From Macrostomum lignano (taxonomy: Eukaryota), in assembly GCA_002269645.1 (NCBI GenBank), contig NIVC01003058.1, positions 58,317 to 122,316 on the forward strand: a stretch of DNA of 64,000 nucleotides, written 5' to 3'. Below the pieces are notes generated by a model. That model was given only the letters and a program-made list of their open reading frames with translations, had not been told where the DNA came from and ran no database searches. This document shows positions 1 through 40,849 of this stretch, one piece after another; within the stretch, counting starts at the first letter, position 1; each line of letters starts with the position of its first letter. Made by a program: the position numbers and the translations under genes.

Positions 1-290
1 ACATAAAAGAGCAACCATGTCAAACATTAAAGAGACACCATGCCAAAAATAAAAGAGCCACCATGTCAAACATTAAAGAGCCACCATGTCAAATATTAAA
101 GAGCCACCATTTCGAACATTAAAGAGCCACCATTTCGAACATTAAAGAGTCACCCTGTCGAACATTAAAGAGCCACCATGTCAAACATAAAAGAGCCACC
201 ATGCCAAACATAAAAGAGCCACCCTGTCAAACATAAAAGATACACAATTCCAAACTTAAAAGTAAGCGTCATGCCAATTTTAAAGGAGCC
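1..290. repeat. Degenerate ~23-bp minisatellite (AAAGAGCCACCATGTCAAACATT), runs off window start
   Basis: AAAGAG recurs at 52, 75 and onward with a 23-nt period. Confidence 0.9.
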
Positions 291-339
291 ACTATAGAGC
301 TAAGGAAATTGTTGCACTAGCTACTTATTGTCTGGTGGA

Positions 340-630
340 TGCTTACTATTTGGCGATGCTTGCTATCTGGGGGATGCTTGCTATCTGGGGGATGCTTGCT
401 ATCTGGGGGATGCTTGCTATCTGGGAGGGGGGATGCTTGCTATCTGGGGGATGCTTGCTATCTGGGGGATGCTTGCTATCTGGGGGATGCTTGCTATCTG
501 GGGGATGCTTGCTATTTGGGAGATGCTTGCTATCTGGGGGATGCTTTCTATCTGGAAGATGCTTGCTATCTTGGGGATGCTTGCTATCTGGGGGATGCTT
601 GCTATCTGGGGGATGCTTGCTATCTTGGGA
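340..630. repeat. 18-bp minisatellite (GGGGATGCTTGCTATCTG)n
   Basis: Tandem units visible directly; they produce the spurious GDACYL/MLAIWG 6-aa repeat ORFs. Confidence 0.95.
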
Positions 631-2319
631 TGATTTCTTTTTGCATTGCACTTTATTTGAGCAGTTTGTCTGTTGTCTTTGAGAAGGCTTTTTGTTACCT
701 GTAGAGAGCAGAGATTCTATCCAGATGTCCCCCAACGGGGGGCGAAGATTGCTAGTTTCTTTCTAATTATTTTAAAGTTTTTTTAGTTTCTTAATGTTAA
801 AAAAATTAATATCAAACTTTATACTCTAAAAATTTGAACCCATATCACTGCATTAGCAGTTTAGCTTGTTTACCTATAGGCTAGCTCTTATTATTTTGAT
901 AACATGAATTGTAGCACTAATAATATAATACTTTTAAGACTCAAAGCTGAGAATAAATCCTTCAAAACAGTTATAATATAACCAATTTCTTAGCCAGCTA
1001 GTATCTTATCTATTTCAAATAAATAATAAAATGGTTACATAATTTAAATCAAGTTTTGTGCTATTCTTCCACACTGTTTTCAACACTAGCATAATTCACA
1101 TTTGAGTTACAATTCAGTTGTGATGCAATCTTTATAGAATCAGAATTCCCTATTGGAATAAATTCTAAAAATGTGCAGATTTGCATCAAGGGCCCAACAA
1201 AAATGTGCCAAGGGTCATTCTCCAAGGTACATAGGCCACATCAAAGAGTCCCTTTAAAAGTTGCACACAAGTGGTCATAAGTAGTTGTCTCACAGAAAAT
1301 GCATCATGCCATGGAGTCATTTTGAAAATGTGCTAGATGGCTATCTGTCATTTTGCAACCTATTCTAATAGGGTCAGAATTTAGCCAACCAGTTTTTTCT
1401 CTAACATTCTTACAATGCTTCAGTTGAAAAAAATTGGCTTGAACTTTGCAAAAAGCATGTTTTTTTATCATTTCTGCAAATAAAACCCAAACCATTCCAT
1501 CCATTCTGGCTCATAGTTCAACATAGCATGATAAATAAGGTTGTCTATGGCTTACTTTCTCAAGTTAATTCAAATGCTTGGCCATAGAATTCTAATGGGC
1601 CATTCTGTTTAGCATGGCCACTATTCCACATAGTGCAACAAAAGCAATAAATGTAGATAGAAAAAGAAAGAATATTATATAGATTATATATATTGTTATT
1701 ATTATTATATACTTATTAGCAACCTCCAAAATTCAGTCAGCCCTACTTCCTCTACTTTGGAGTAGGATAGTTCTTATATACATTTACCAACTGGGTAATT
1801 GCTATGTAAAGCTAAGTTATCCATATATTCTTTTATAGTAACTGCAAGACCTAATTAATTACTTTATTAAGAATTCTTTTTTTGTTATAACAGTATATCA
1901 GTAAGTGATTTTGTCATCTAAAAAGGCCAACAATATAAGGAATTTTTTTGCAATATATAAGGCCTACCATAGTTTAAAGCATAGCATTATATCAATAATA
2001 GTCAGGAAAGTATATTTTAAATGCTAGAATTTTTTAAACATTTGTATATCATTGTATACTAGGAGGGTAAAGCCTAGTGGTCTATAGCCCAGGCTCAATT
2101 CCATCTTGGTATTGTAGTCTGGCTCTTATCATGCAATTTTCACCCTTGAGTGCCAATTACACATACAGTGATTTTGTATATGTAACAGATTAAATGTGAT
2201 TTTATTCTATTTAAACTTTAATTGTGTTTGAAACCCCCCTTTCTGCCTTCCTATAGTAAAAATTAGCTACTTCGGTAAATATTATTCAGTAGAGACTACT
2301 AACAATCAGTAGCAGAGCA

Positions 2320-5300
2320 ATGGTTGAGCCAATGGTAGTAGATATTCTAAATGATGTGGAGCAAAACGAAAATGTGCAGCCAGCTGCTGGCGCGATTGTG
2401 CAGAATGCCAATCTAGATTTGGACCTGATAGTGTCCAGCTACACTGGCTATGCCAGGTACCAGCGCCTGATCTACATTGCCGACCATTGTCCTCCACTGC
2501 GTGTACAAGCCTTGACTATGACGCTTAACTATTTGAAATCGGAAACTCTGGACGTTCAGGTTGGAACGCGTGTTTCATATTCGAGTTTTGTTATCTTTTT
2601 ATATTTTATTTTGGCTACTCATGTAGATAGGGGTTATAGTCTAGTGTTTAGAGCGTCGGACTCATGATTTGAAGGTCGGGAGTTCGATTCCCAATCCCAC
2701 TCGGAACAATTTGTGTCCTTGAGCAAGACACTTAACTCTGCATTGCTTCAGTTCACCCAGCTGTAAAATGGGTGCCAGCATTAGCTGGGGCAGATTGAGG
2801 CTGAGTGTGTTTGGCGACCCCCCCTTCCAGTTCTTGAACAGACTGAGCTGTCGGTTGCACATCTGGCCCAATCGAGGCATGTTTAATCATTAATTGTTAT
2901 TGTAATTATTACAAATGTATTAAGGTTACTATATTGTGTGCTTCTAATCTACTATATTTAATATTTTAATTTTCTTTATTCTGCCCACCGCACAGGCGTA
3001 CGTTGAGTGCCACAGAAAGCTGGTCGCTAGTGCACCCGCTGGTCAGGCGCCCGCCCAGGACACCCAGTGGGTCGAAGCCACCAGAAAACTGGCCCAGCTA
3101 AGCCTGGAAAAATTGGACGTCGAATTGCGCTCGTCAAAGCAGAGCGCCATCAAAGAGAGCATTCGACGGGGTCAGGACGAGTTGGCTTTTCATTTTCTGC
3201 GAATGGGCGACTTAAGTAGCGCATTGAAGAATTACAGCCGGACTAGGGAGTATTGCACCAATCACCTGCAGGTTGGAGATAATACCTTTGCGATTATATA
3301 CCTATATGCTTTTGTACCTACCTTACGTACTTACTTTCCTATTTACCTACTTTTCTACGTAAATACCTGCCTACCATCTACTTTCCTAGCTACCTACTTT
3401 TCTATCTACCTACTTTTCTACGTAGCTACCTTCCTACCTGCCTAACTACCTAACTATATACTATCCTATCTACCCACTCTTATTTACGTAGCTATCTACC
3501 TAGCTACATAACTACCTACCTACCTACCTACCTATCTACTCGTACTTTCTACCCACTCTTATTTACCTACTTTCCTACATAGATATCTGTCTATCTATCT
3601 ACCTACCTACCTGCCTACCTTTCTATCTACCTACCAACTGAAGTATCCACCCACCTTTCCTGTCCATCTATTTACGAGTACGTGTGTGCCTTCCTACTTA
3701 CCTGTCTATTTACCTACCTTTCCACTTACCTACCTACTTACCTACCTACCTACCTATACCTACTTACCTACCTACCTACCTATACCTACTTACCTACCTA
3801 CTTATTTACCAAAATTCTGCGTATCTATTTACCCGCCTACCTACCTAATTACGTTGTAAACTTACCTACCTTTTAACCTACATGTACATTGCTACTTACA
3901 CTTTCCTACCCAATTATCTACCTAATTAGCTATCTCCCATGTTAATCTCTCAAATTCTTTTATTTTACTATGTTATTATCATATACATTCTGCATTCTCC
4001 AACTTCCCTAAACCCCAATGCAGGAATTGGACATGTGCTTAAACGTCATTAGAATCAGCGTTTACAGTTGCAATTGGCAGCACGCCAAATCGCACATCAC
4101 CAAAGCCGAAGCTTGCAGCGGAGTTGAAGTTGGCCGGAGCCTCGGCGCCGGCGGCTACCCTGGCGACGCGTCCGCTTTGACCTCGGCCGCGCCCTCTTCT
4201 AAGCCTAAGGAGCGCGAAGGTGAGCGTGCGATTAATTATTGTGTATTGAATATATCTTGAGCTTCATAGCCTACCTTGATAATTTGATAATCATACTGAT
4301 CAATCAATCATACTGATCAATAAATCATTCGATAATCATACTGATCAATCAATCAATCAATAATCATACTGATCAATCAATCAATCGATAATCATACTGA
4401 TCAATCAATCAATCAATAATCATACTGATCAATCAATCAATCGATAATCATACTGTTCAATCAATCAATCGATAATCATACTGATCAATCAATCAATCAA
4501 TAATCATACTGATCAATCAATCAATCAATAATCATACTGATCAATCAATCAATCGATAATCATACTGATCAATCAATCAATCAATAATCATACGGATCAA
4601 TCAATCAATCAATAATAATACTGATCAATCAATCAATCGATAATCATACTGATCAATCAATCAATCAATAATCATACTGATAAATCAATCAATCGATAAT
4701 CATACTGATCAATCAATCAATCGATAATCATACTGATTAATCAATCATTCGATACTCATACTGATCAATCAATCATTCGATAATCATACTGATCAATCAA
4801 TCATTCGATACTCATACTGATCAATCAATCATTCGATACTCATACTGATCAATCAATCATTCGATACTCATACTGATCATTGAATAATCATATGATAATC
4901 AGCAGACGTATTTTAATGATGATGATGATGATGTCTCCCACTCTCCCGCAGGTGTTCAGCGCAAGCTGGCATTCGTACAGGCGGCATCGGGCCTAGTTGA
5001 ACTCGCGGACTCCCGCTATCGCACCGCCGCGCGCCAATTCCTAGCCGTACAATTCGACTTTTTCAATTGTCCCGAGCTTCTATCGCCGGCTAATATCGCC
5101 ACGTATGCCAGCCTGTGCGCTCTGGCCACCTTTGACAGGCAGGACATGCGCAGGCTGGTCATGTCTAGCGCCAATTTTCGTCAATTCCTCGAAGTTGAAC
5201 CGGCAGTTCGCGATGTTGTAACTAGCTTTCATCAGGTGAAGATGTTTTGAATTGTTAGATAAACTGTCAACCATTTGAAACCTAACCTAAACCTAGAAGC

Positions 5301-6898
5301 AAGATGGTTGCCACTAGAAGCAGATTGGTTGCAATCAGAAGCAGATTGGTTGCAATCAGAAGCAGGATGGTTGCCACTAGAAGCAGATTGGTTGCAATCA
5401 GAAGCAAATTGGTTGCAATCAGAAGTAGGATGGTTGCCACTAGAAGCAGATTGGTTGCAATCAGAAGCAGGATGGTTGCCACTAGAAGCAGATTGGTTGC
5501 AATCAGAAGCAGGATGGTTGCCACTAGAAGCAGATTGGTTGCAATCAGAAGCAGGATGGTTGCCACTAGAAGCAGATTGGTTGCAATCAGAAGCAAATTG
5601 GTTGCAATCAGAAGTAGGATGGTTGCCACTAGAAGCAGATTGGTTGCAATCAGAAGCATGATGGTTGCCACTAGAAGCAGATTGGTTGCAATCAGAAGCA
5701 GGATGGTTGCCACTAGAAGCAGATTGGTTGCAATCAGAAGCAGATTGGTTGCAATCAGAAGCAGGATGGTTGCCACTAGAAGCAGATTGGTTGCAATCAG
5801 AAGTAGGATGGTTGCCACTAGAAGCAGATTGGTTGCAATCAGAAGCAGGATGGTTGCCACTAGAAGATTGGTTGCAATCAGAAGCAGGATGGTTGCCACT
5901 AGAAGCAGATTGGTTGCAATCAGAAGCAGATTGGTTGCAATCAGAAGCAGGATGGTTGCCACTAGAAGCAGATTGGTTGCAATCAGAAGCAGGATGGTTG
6001 CCACTAGAAGCAGATTGGTTGCAATCAGAAGCAGATTGGTTGCAATCAGAAGCAGATTGGTTGCAATCAGAAGCAGATTGGTTGCAATCAGAAGCAGGAT
6101 GGTTGCCACTAGAAGCAGATTGGTTGCAATCAGAAGCAGATTGGTTGCAATCAGAAGCAGGATGGTTGCCACTAAAAGCAGATTGGTTGCAATCAGAAGC
6201 AGATTGGTTGCAATCAGAAGCAGGATGGTTGCCACTAGAAGCAGATTGGTTGCAATCAGAAGCAGATTGGTTGCAATCAGAAGCAGGATGGTTGCCACTA
6301 GAAGCAGATTGGTTGCAATCAGAAGCAGGTTGTTCCTATTGATTTTAATTGTTCGCTTTGTTCTTTGAAAATGCCACTCCAGGCTAACTACGCAGCCTGC
6401 CTAGCTGGCATGGAGCGCCTGAAGCCGACTTTACTCCTAGACCTCTACCTTGGCTCGCACGTGGAATCGCTATTCTCAGAGATTAGAAAACGCGCCTTAA
6501 CCCAATACTTCAGCCCGTATGTTAGCGCCGATCTGGATAAAATGGCATCAACCTTTGGTACAAGCGTGCCAGCGCTGGAAGACGAATTAATGCGACTAAT
6601 ATTGGACAAGCGCATAGCCGCCCGTATCGATAGCAACAAGCGCCTATTGGTTGCTAAGCAGGCGGACCTGCGCAGTGCGGTATTCGAATCCGCTCTACAA
6701 GCTTGTCGCGATTGGAAGCGCAGAAATTCGGCCGCTATTCTACATCTGGCTGTTAGCAAAGCTAATTTATGCGTCACCGAGTCTAATCCCGCTAGCGGAG
6801 CTGCTTCCGCTGCCGCTTCCGCTGGCGGTGCTGCCTCCGCTGGCGCTGGCGCCGCGGCAACAGCCGCTGCTGGCGCATGCGATGATGCAATGCAGTGA
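2320..6898 (+). CDS. GPS1: COP9 signalosome subunit 1 (CSN1/GPS1), 5 exons, ~503 aa
   Basis: Exons 2320-2559, 2996-3271, 4024-4219, 4952-5235, 6383-6898, all GT-AG with compatible phases (0,0,1,0). CSN1 motifs: [48 protein letters not shown]-type ARID. Confidence 0.95.
2631..2890 (+). mobile_element. tRNA-derived SINE with CORE-like central domain (CSN1 intron 1)
   Basis: tRNA-like head with A box and B box (GAGTTCGATTCC ~2680). It is followed by TGTGTCCTTGAGCAAGACACTTAACTCT...TCAGTT...CTGTAAAATGGG, which parallels the MIR/CORE core as I recall it, and an AT-rich tail. A second copy lies at 7411. Confidence 0.8.
3290..3940. repeat. Degenerate (CTAC/TACC)n microsatellite in CSN1 intron 2
   Basis: Long run of ctacctac variants. 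Confidence 0.85.
4285..4900. repeat. GATAATCATACTGATC(AATC)n minisatellite in CSN1 intron 3
   Basis: Tandem units with a variable number of AATC copies. Confidence 0.9.
5295..6330. repeat. Two-unit 21-bp minisatellite in CSN1 intron 4
   Basis: Units GCAGATTGGTTGCAATCAGAA and GCAGGATGGTTGCCACTAGAA are interspersed. Confidence 0.95.
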
Positions 6899-7015
6899 TT
6901 TTTTATATAATAAAATAACTTGAAAGTTTTCCTATTTCTACTGTTTGGAGTAGAGACTAAAGAAAATGATAGCTATTTTTCTCTGTAGAAGATAAAAATC
7001 TACTGGAAGATGAAT

Positions 7016-7304
7016 CATACATGCGCAACCTCCAAAATTCGGTCGGCCATGCGACTTAGTTTTAACAAAAATGCGACGTAGTTTTTGGCCAAAAATGCGA
7101 CTTACATGTAAAAAAAACCCTAAAGCAAAATTAACGCAACTTTGGGTAAACGGCAGGAGTAACTATGACTGTCTTATAAATCAAAATGCTTCGTCAGCTA
7201 CTTAGTAGTACTACTTTGGTATTTTTTCGGGTGGGCATTTTTGCGACTTCCTTGGTTGGCCGCCAAATCGGTCGGCCGGATCGGCCGACTGTTGCGCATG
7301 TATG
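7016..7304. mobile_element. MITE, 289 bp, 14-bp TIRs, 3-bp TSD
   Basis: CATACATGCGCAAC (7016-7029) and GTTGCGCATGTATG (7291-7304) are perfect inverted repeats, with AAT on both flanks (7013-7015, 7305-7307). A diverged fragment of the left end is at ~1718-1750. Confidence 0.8.
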
Positions 7305-7410
7305 AATATGATTAATTAATTTACATCAGATAATGTTCACCTAGTAGTCTAACTCATGGAATAATGTTCTCAAAGGCCTATAGCGTTATTAAGCATCTAG
7401 GCTATTAAAA

Positions 7411-7560
7411 GGGGGTTAAAAAGAGCGCCGGACTCACGACTTGAAGGTAGGGGGTTCGATTCCCGATCCCATTGGAACGATTTGTTTCTTTGAGCAAGAC
7501 ACTTAACTTTGCATTGCTTCAGTTCGCCCATTGGCATTAGGGTAGGGCAGGTTTAATCAG
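7411..7560 (+). mobile_element. Second, internally deleted copy of the CORE-like SINE
   Basis: GAGCGCCGGACTCACGACTTGAAGGTAGGGGGTTCGATTCCC...TTGAGCAAGACACTTAACTTTGCATTGCTTCAGTTC aligns with 2650-2760. Confidence 0.8.
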
Positions 7561-8194
7561 TTATTAATATTATTATTATGGGCTATTAATTATGAATAAT
7601 TAATTATAATCAATAATGGCGGTTGAATATTATTTTCAACTAGTTAAATTTCATCTCACCTGGTCAAATAAGCCAATCTATTGTAAAATGACATATTCCT
7701 GTATAGGCTAACCGATTCTCTCGTAAGTAGTATAGAGAAAATATGTGAAACAATCATTTGTTGAAAATGAAATTGGCAACATTTTTTCGATAAATGGTTA
7801 TAAACAGTTGCTTTGACTTTCTTAGCGTTGTGTTTGTGTTTTTTGAACTTTCTAAAAGCTGATTTGACTGCCTTGTCTGTCATGATCCAATTGTTGACCT
7901 TTGTTGTTATTAATAATTTTGTTTAAATAAAAACAAAAAGGATGAAACTATAGTACCGGTCTCTTTTAGCTCTGTGCTTGGCTTTTCTGTTTAATACCGC
8001 ATTAAAATTTCTTGGTGACTTTATATATAATTACGAAGAAGCCCTTTAGGTACCGTAAAACTGGAGTTTGAGACATACACACATCCTACATGCTAGCAAT
8101 TGAGTTATGTAAAAGACAACCGAGGTTTTTGGCTTAAATTCTTTGTTTCTTATTGTGTTTTGCAATAGTTCTAGATGCATAGCTCTCTTTACCC

Positions 8195-8334
8195 ACTCTC
8201 TTCTCTTTCCTTTCCACTTCCCACTCTCCCTCTGTCCTCTCCTCTCCTCACTTTCTCTCTCCTCTCCTCTCCTCACTTTCTCTCCTCTCCTCTCCTCTCC
8301 TCACTTTCTCTCCTCTCCTCTCTCCTCTCCTCTC
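8195..8334. repeat. (CTCCT)n microsatellite, left of RTE insertion
   Basis: Pyrimidine-only repeat visible directly. Confidence 0.9.
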
Positions 8335-9130
8335 TACGCCGACGACCTCGCCCTGCTGTCCTCGACCGTCGAGGGCGCCCAACGGCAGCTGGACAGGCTG
8401 GTTGCCGTTGCGGCGAGTGTCGGCCTGGTGGTCAACACGCAGAAGACCGTTGTGCTCTGCGTGCCGGACGACATCGAGGCTGCAATATTTTGCCGAGGCG
8501 CTGACGGGCAGGCGACCGAACTCCCGCGATGTCAGCAGTTCGTCTACCTCGGCGGTCTGGTTCCAGACGCTCGCGAGGACCTGCGACGCCGCCGCGGGCT
8601 TGCCTGGGCTGCCTTTCGTTCTGTGAGGGCAGTCCTGCAGTCCGAGGCCCTACCGGACCGCCAGAGGGCGGCGCTGTTCCAGGCGGTAATCGAGACCGTC
8701 CTGCTGTACAACGCCGAGACCTGGACGCTGACGGACTCACTCGAACAGCAAGTCGATGCGGCGCACGCTGGTCTGCTGCGCGCCGCCTTCAACATCGGCG
8801 TCGAGCGAGTCACCAACGCGGCACTCTATCGCCGCGCTGGCCTGCCACGTCCAAGTGATCTACTGCGCCGTCGGCGACTCCAGCTCGCAGGCCATCTCAT
8901 CCGCGACGAGTCGTACTGCCCACAGCCGGTGCAGGAGGTGCTGCTGCTCACGCTGCAGGCACCCTACCGGCGAGGTCAAGCGCGAACTCGGCGTTATGTC
9001 GACTGTCTGCTGGCTGACGCCGGCGCCCCGGACACTGCCGGTGGCGCGGCCTTTGTTCGCGCCCAAGCCATGAAGCGCGCCCTGTGACGCTGACTTTTAC
9101 CATCATGACAGCGTATTTTGTTGTGTTTGT
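8335..9130 (+). mobile_element. 5'-truncated RTE-clade non-LTR retrotransposon (RT from YADD to C-terminus plus short 3' UTR)
   Basis: Frame 8335-9087 reads YADDLALL, GLVVNTQKT, FVYLGG, ETVLLYNAETWTL, RRRRLQLAGHLIR, typical of the RTE RT thumb and C-terminal region. Confidence 0.9.
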
Positions 9131-9900
9131 CTCCTCTCTCCTCTCCCCTCTCCTCTCCTCTCCTCTTCTCTCCTCTCCTCTATCCTCTCCTCTCCTCTCT
9201 CCTCCCCTCTCTCCTCTCCTCTCCTCTCTCCTCTCCTCTCTCCTCCCCTCTCTCCTCTCCTCTCTCCTCTCCTCTCCTCTCCTCTCCTCTCCTCTCCTCT
9301 CTCCTCTCCTCTCTCCCCTCCTCCCCTCTCTCCTCTCCTCTCTCCTCTCCTCTCCTCTCCTCTCCTCTCTCCTCTCCTCTCCTCTCCTCCCCTCTCTCCT
9401 CTCCTCCCCTCTCTCCTCTCCTCTCCTCTCTCCTCTCCTCTCCTCTTCTCTCCTCTCCTCTCCTCTCCTCTCCTCACTTTCTCTCCTCTCCTCTCTCCTC
9501 TCCTCCCCTCTCTCCTCTCCTCTCCTCTCTCCTCTCCTCTCTCCTCTCCTCTCCTCTCCTCTCCTCTCCACTTTCTCTCCTCTCCTCTCCTCACTCTCTC
9601 CCTGTCTCCCCTCCCTTTCTCCTCTCCTCGCTCTCCCTCTGTCCTCTCCTTTCTATTTCTCTCTGTCCTCTCCTCATTCTCTCCTCTCCTCCCTCTCCTC
9701 TCTTCACTCTCCCCTGTCTCCTTTCCTTTTCTCATTAGTCTCTCCTTATCCCCCTATCCTCACTTCCTTTCTCACCTTCGCCACTCTACCTCTTCTTTCA
9801 CTCTCTTCTCCCTCTTCCCTTTTTTCACTTTCCCTCTCTTCCTTCTCTTTCGCCTCCCACTTTGTAATCGTTCTTTAATTATCATCTCCATCATATTTCT
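9130..9900. repeat. (CTCCT)n microsatellite decaying into a polypyrimidine tract
   Basis: Visible directly; source of the spurious L/S/P and E/R/G ORFs. Confidence 0.9.
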
Positions 9901-10166
9901 CTCATCCTTTCTGCCCCATCTCTCTTTCATTCCATTTTCCCAGACTCTCCCTCATTCGCTTTCTTCCCCATAGCCGCTTTTCTTACCGTGTGCTTTTTCT
10001 CTAAAAAAATTGTTTTTATTTATTTCAGCAAAAGCATTCCAATTATTGGTTACAAAAGACGCTCAACACGCTAGAAAAGCTGGAGTTATTAATTAATAAT
10101 AGCTCACTAGCGAAAGTTTAGTGCGCTTACTTGCTAACTAATTAGCAATCTAAATTAACTAGTTCA

Positions 10167-38298
<28,132 letters not shown>

Positions 38299-38454
38299 CC
38301 GTTTGGCAAAATATTTTCCTACCAATTTGATTCATTTGCACATGCATGTCCGATATCCACTACTGATCAATGAATGGTTACGAATTTTATCTTTGTGCAA
38401 ACAGTTTTTGTTCAGAATATAAAGTATTTTAATTGTTTGCTGTATGAGTCATTC

Positions 38455-39535
38455 ATTGGTCACTGAGTGAATAGATTATTGATCCCGATCATTGGTCCTT
38501 GAGTGAATAGATTATTGATCCCGATCATTGGTCCCTGAGTGAATAGATTATTGATCCCGATCATTGGTCCCTGAGTGAATTAATCATGATCCCGATCATT
38601 GGTCCCTGAGTGAATTAATCATGATCCCGATCATTAGTCCCTGAGTGAATAGATTATTGATCCCGATCATTGGTCCCTGAGTGAATAGATTATTGATCCC
38701 GATCATTGGTCCCTGAGTGAATAGATTATTGATCCCGATCATTGGTCCTTGAGTGAATAGATTATTGATCCCTATCATTGGTCCCTGAGTGAATAGATTA
38801 TTGATCCCGATCATTGGTCCCTGAGTGAATAGATTATTGATCCCGATCATTAGTCCCTGAGTGAATAGATTATTGATCCCGATCATTGGTCCCTGAGTGA
38901 ATAGATTATTGATCCCGATCATTGGTCCCTGAGTGAATAGATTATTGATCCCGATCATTAGTCCCTGAGTGAATAGATTATTGATCCCGATCATTAGTCC
39001 CTGAGTGAATAGATTATTGATCCCGATCATTGGTCCCTGAGTGAATAGATTATTGATCCCGATCATTAGTCCCTGAGTGAATAGATTATTGATCCCGATC
39101 ATTGGTCCCTGAGTGAATAGATTATTGATCCCGATCATTGGTCCCTGAGTGAATAGATTATTGATCCCGATCATTAGTCCCTGAGTGAATAGATTATTGA
39201 TCCCGATCATTAGTCCCTGAGTGAATAGATTATTGATCCCGATCATTAGTCCCTGAGTGAATAGATTATTGATCCCGATCATTAGTCCCTGAGTGAATAG
39301 ATTATTGATCCGGATCATTGGTCCCTGGGTGAATAGATTATTGATCCCGATCATTGGTCCCTGAGTGAATAGATTATTGATCCCGATCATTGGTCCCTGA
39401 GTGAATAGATTATTGATCCCGATCATTGGTCCCTGAGTGAATAGATTATTGATCCCGATCATTAGTCCCTGAGTGAATAGATTATTGATCCCGATCATTA
39501 GTCCCTGAGTGAATAGATTATTGATCCCGATCATT
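38455..39535. repeat. 36-bp minisatellite just downstream of ALFY
   Basis: CCCTGAGTGAATAGATTATTGATCCCGATCATTGGT, about 30 copies. Confidence 0.95.
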
Positions 39536-40849
39536 TGGTATCACATCTGTAACCAATACTGTGATTTGGATATTGTTATTAACAATTCAATTATTAAATT
39601 GTGGGCATTCACTAATATTTCTAATTCGTATTTTTTCCTGTTTTGAATTCCTTTATTAAAAGAAAAAAATTATTCGCTAAATTATTCTCTGCTTTTTGAA
39701 AAAAAATTGTTGTCATTGTAGATGATCAGTCTGTAATATCACTGTAATATATCACAATCGTATTGCTATATGTAGAGTGTTGTCTTGATGTTGTTCTCTT
39801 AAACATTTTTTTCTGTGCAACAATCAACAGAGAAATCTCATTGACAGTACATATTATTTGATTATAACAAATATGCCTCATATGGGTAATTTATATCTGC
39901 AATTATTACTATAACAATAACAAATAATGTGAATAAATTAATTTTTCTTCCCACTAAATCCACCTCACAAGCATAATAAATTATTTCGATTATAATTTAA
40001 TTATTACTTTACTAGCTACTGCTATATTATAGTATAAACAACGTATATAATTAAAGCTGCTTATTTAATTTACTAATGTAGAAGCGCCCGTTTCAACTTG
40101 CCGATATGTTGCGTAAGCAACTTTGTATTGAGTTGAATTATCTAATAAAATACGATAATTAGTTAATTGTTGTCGCTTTCCTGTTGTGTAATTATGACGC
40201 AGTATTAGATAATAATTAATAATTTATAAACTCTATCTCGATTCCGTATGTAATGCACTAATGTTTTTCTCATGCCGTGTATTTTAATACTGTCAATGAC
40301 GCGTCAGTTAGTAGTATAAATGCACATTCAATGTATTTTAATATTTAAATAGATCATTCTCTACTTTGTTCATAGGTAGTTTTATAGAGGATGTTGTTTA
40401 TTCCATAATATTCCACCTCCTTTACTATGAAATAAGTAATTTTATCCTGCTCTACTTGCGTTGCTACTAGTAGTACTATAGTCCGGTTTTTCTTGTTCAA
40501 TAATTTATTTCTGTGCAATGTTTTTCGGGAAGAACTTTCACTCCAATCCAGATCAATCATTTTAAATTGAAAGAAAATTATTAGTTAGTAAATGCACCGC
40601 ACTCACAATTTGCTCTTAAGTACGGTCGTATATGCATAAAAATAAATATATATTATTGAATATATTATACATTTAGATTATAAAACGATCAGTTATAGCT
40701 AGCGTTTCATAACTGTTTGTGACTTTTATTTTCAGTTCATATATATTGCTAAAAATTATTTGCTTTTTTTCTGCTGATTTCAGCCCTACAAAATGTCTCT
40801 CAGCTTTGTCTGTTCACCAAATGATTTTTCTAGAAAATGTGTCTAATAT

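Noticed and set aside
328-735. ORFs over the 18-bp repeat
   Set aside because: Open frames arise from a stop-free 18-bp unit; no domain signature.
705-775. Possible terminal exon of an upstream gene after TTTTGTTACCTGTAG
   Set aside because: Acceptor-like, but all three frames give short unrecognisable peptides; cannot assign.
5275-6368. Long ORFs ([23 protein letters not shown])
   Set aside because: Translation of the intronic 21-bp satellite.
8143-9878. L/S/P-rich and E/R/G-rich ORFs and the apparent N-terminal extension of the RT
   Set aside because: Microsatellite read-through; the RT homology starts at 8335.
38455-39535. CRISPR-like array / 312-aa repeat ORF
   Set aside because: 36-bp units are head-to-tail with no unique spacers; eukaryotic minisatellite.
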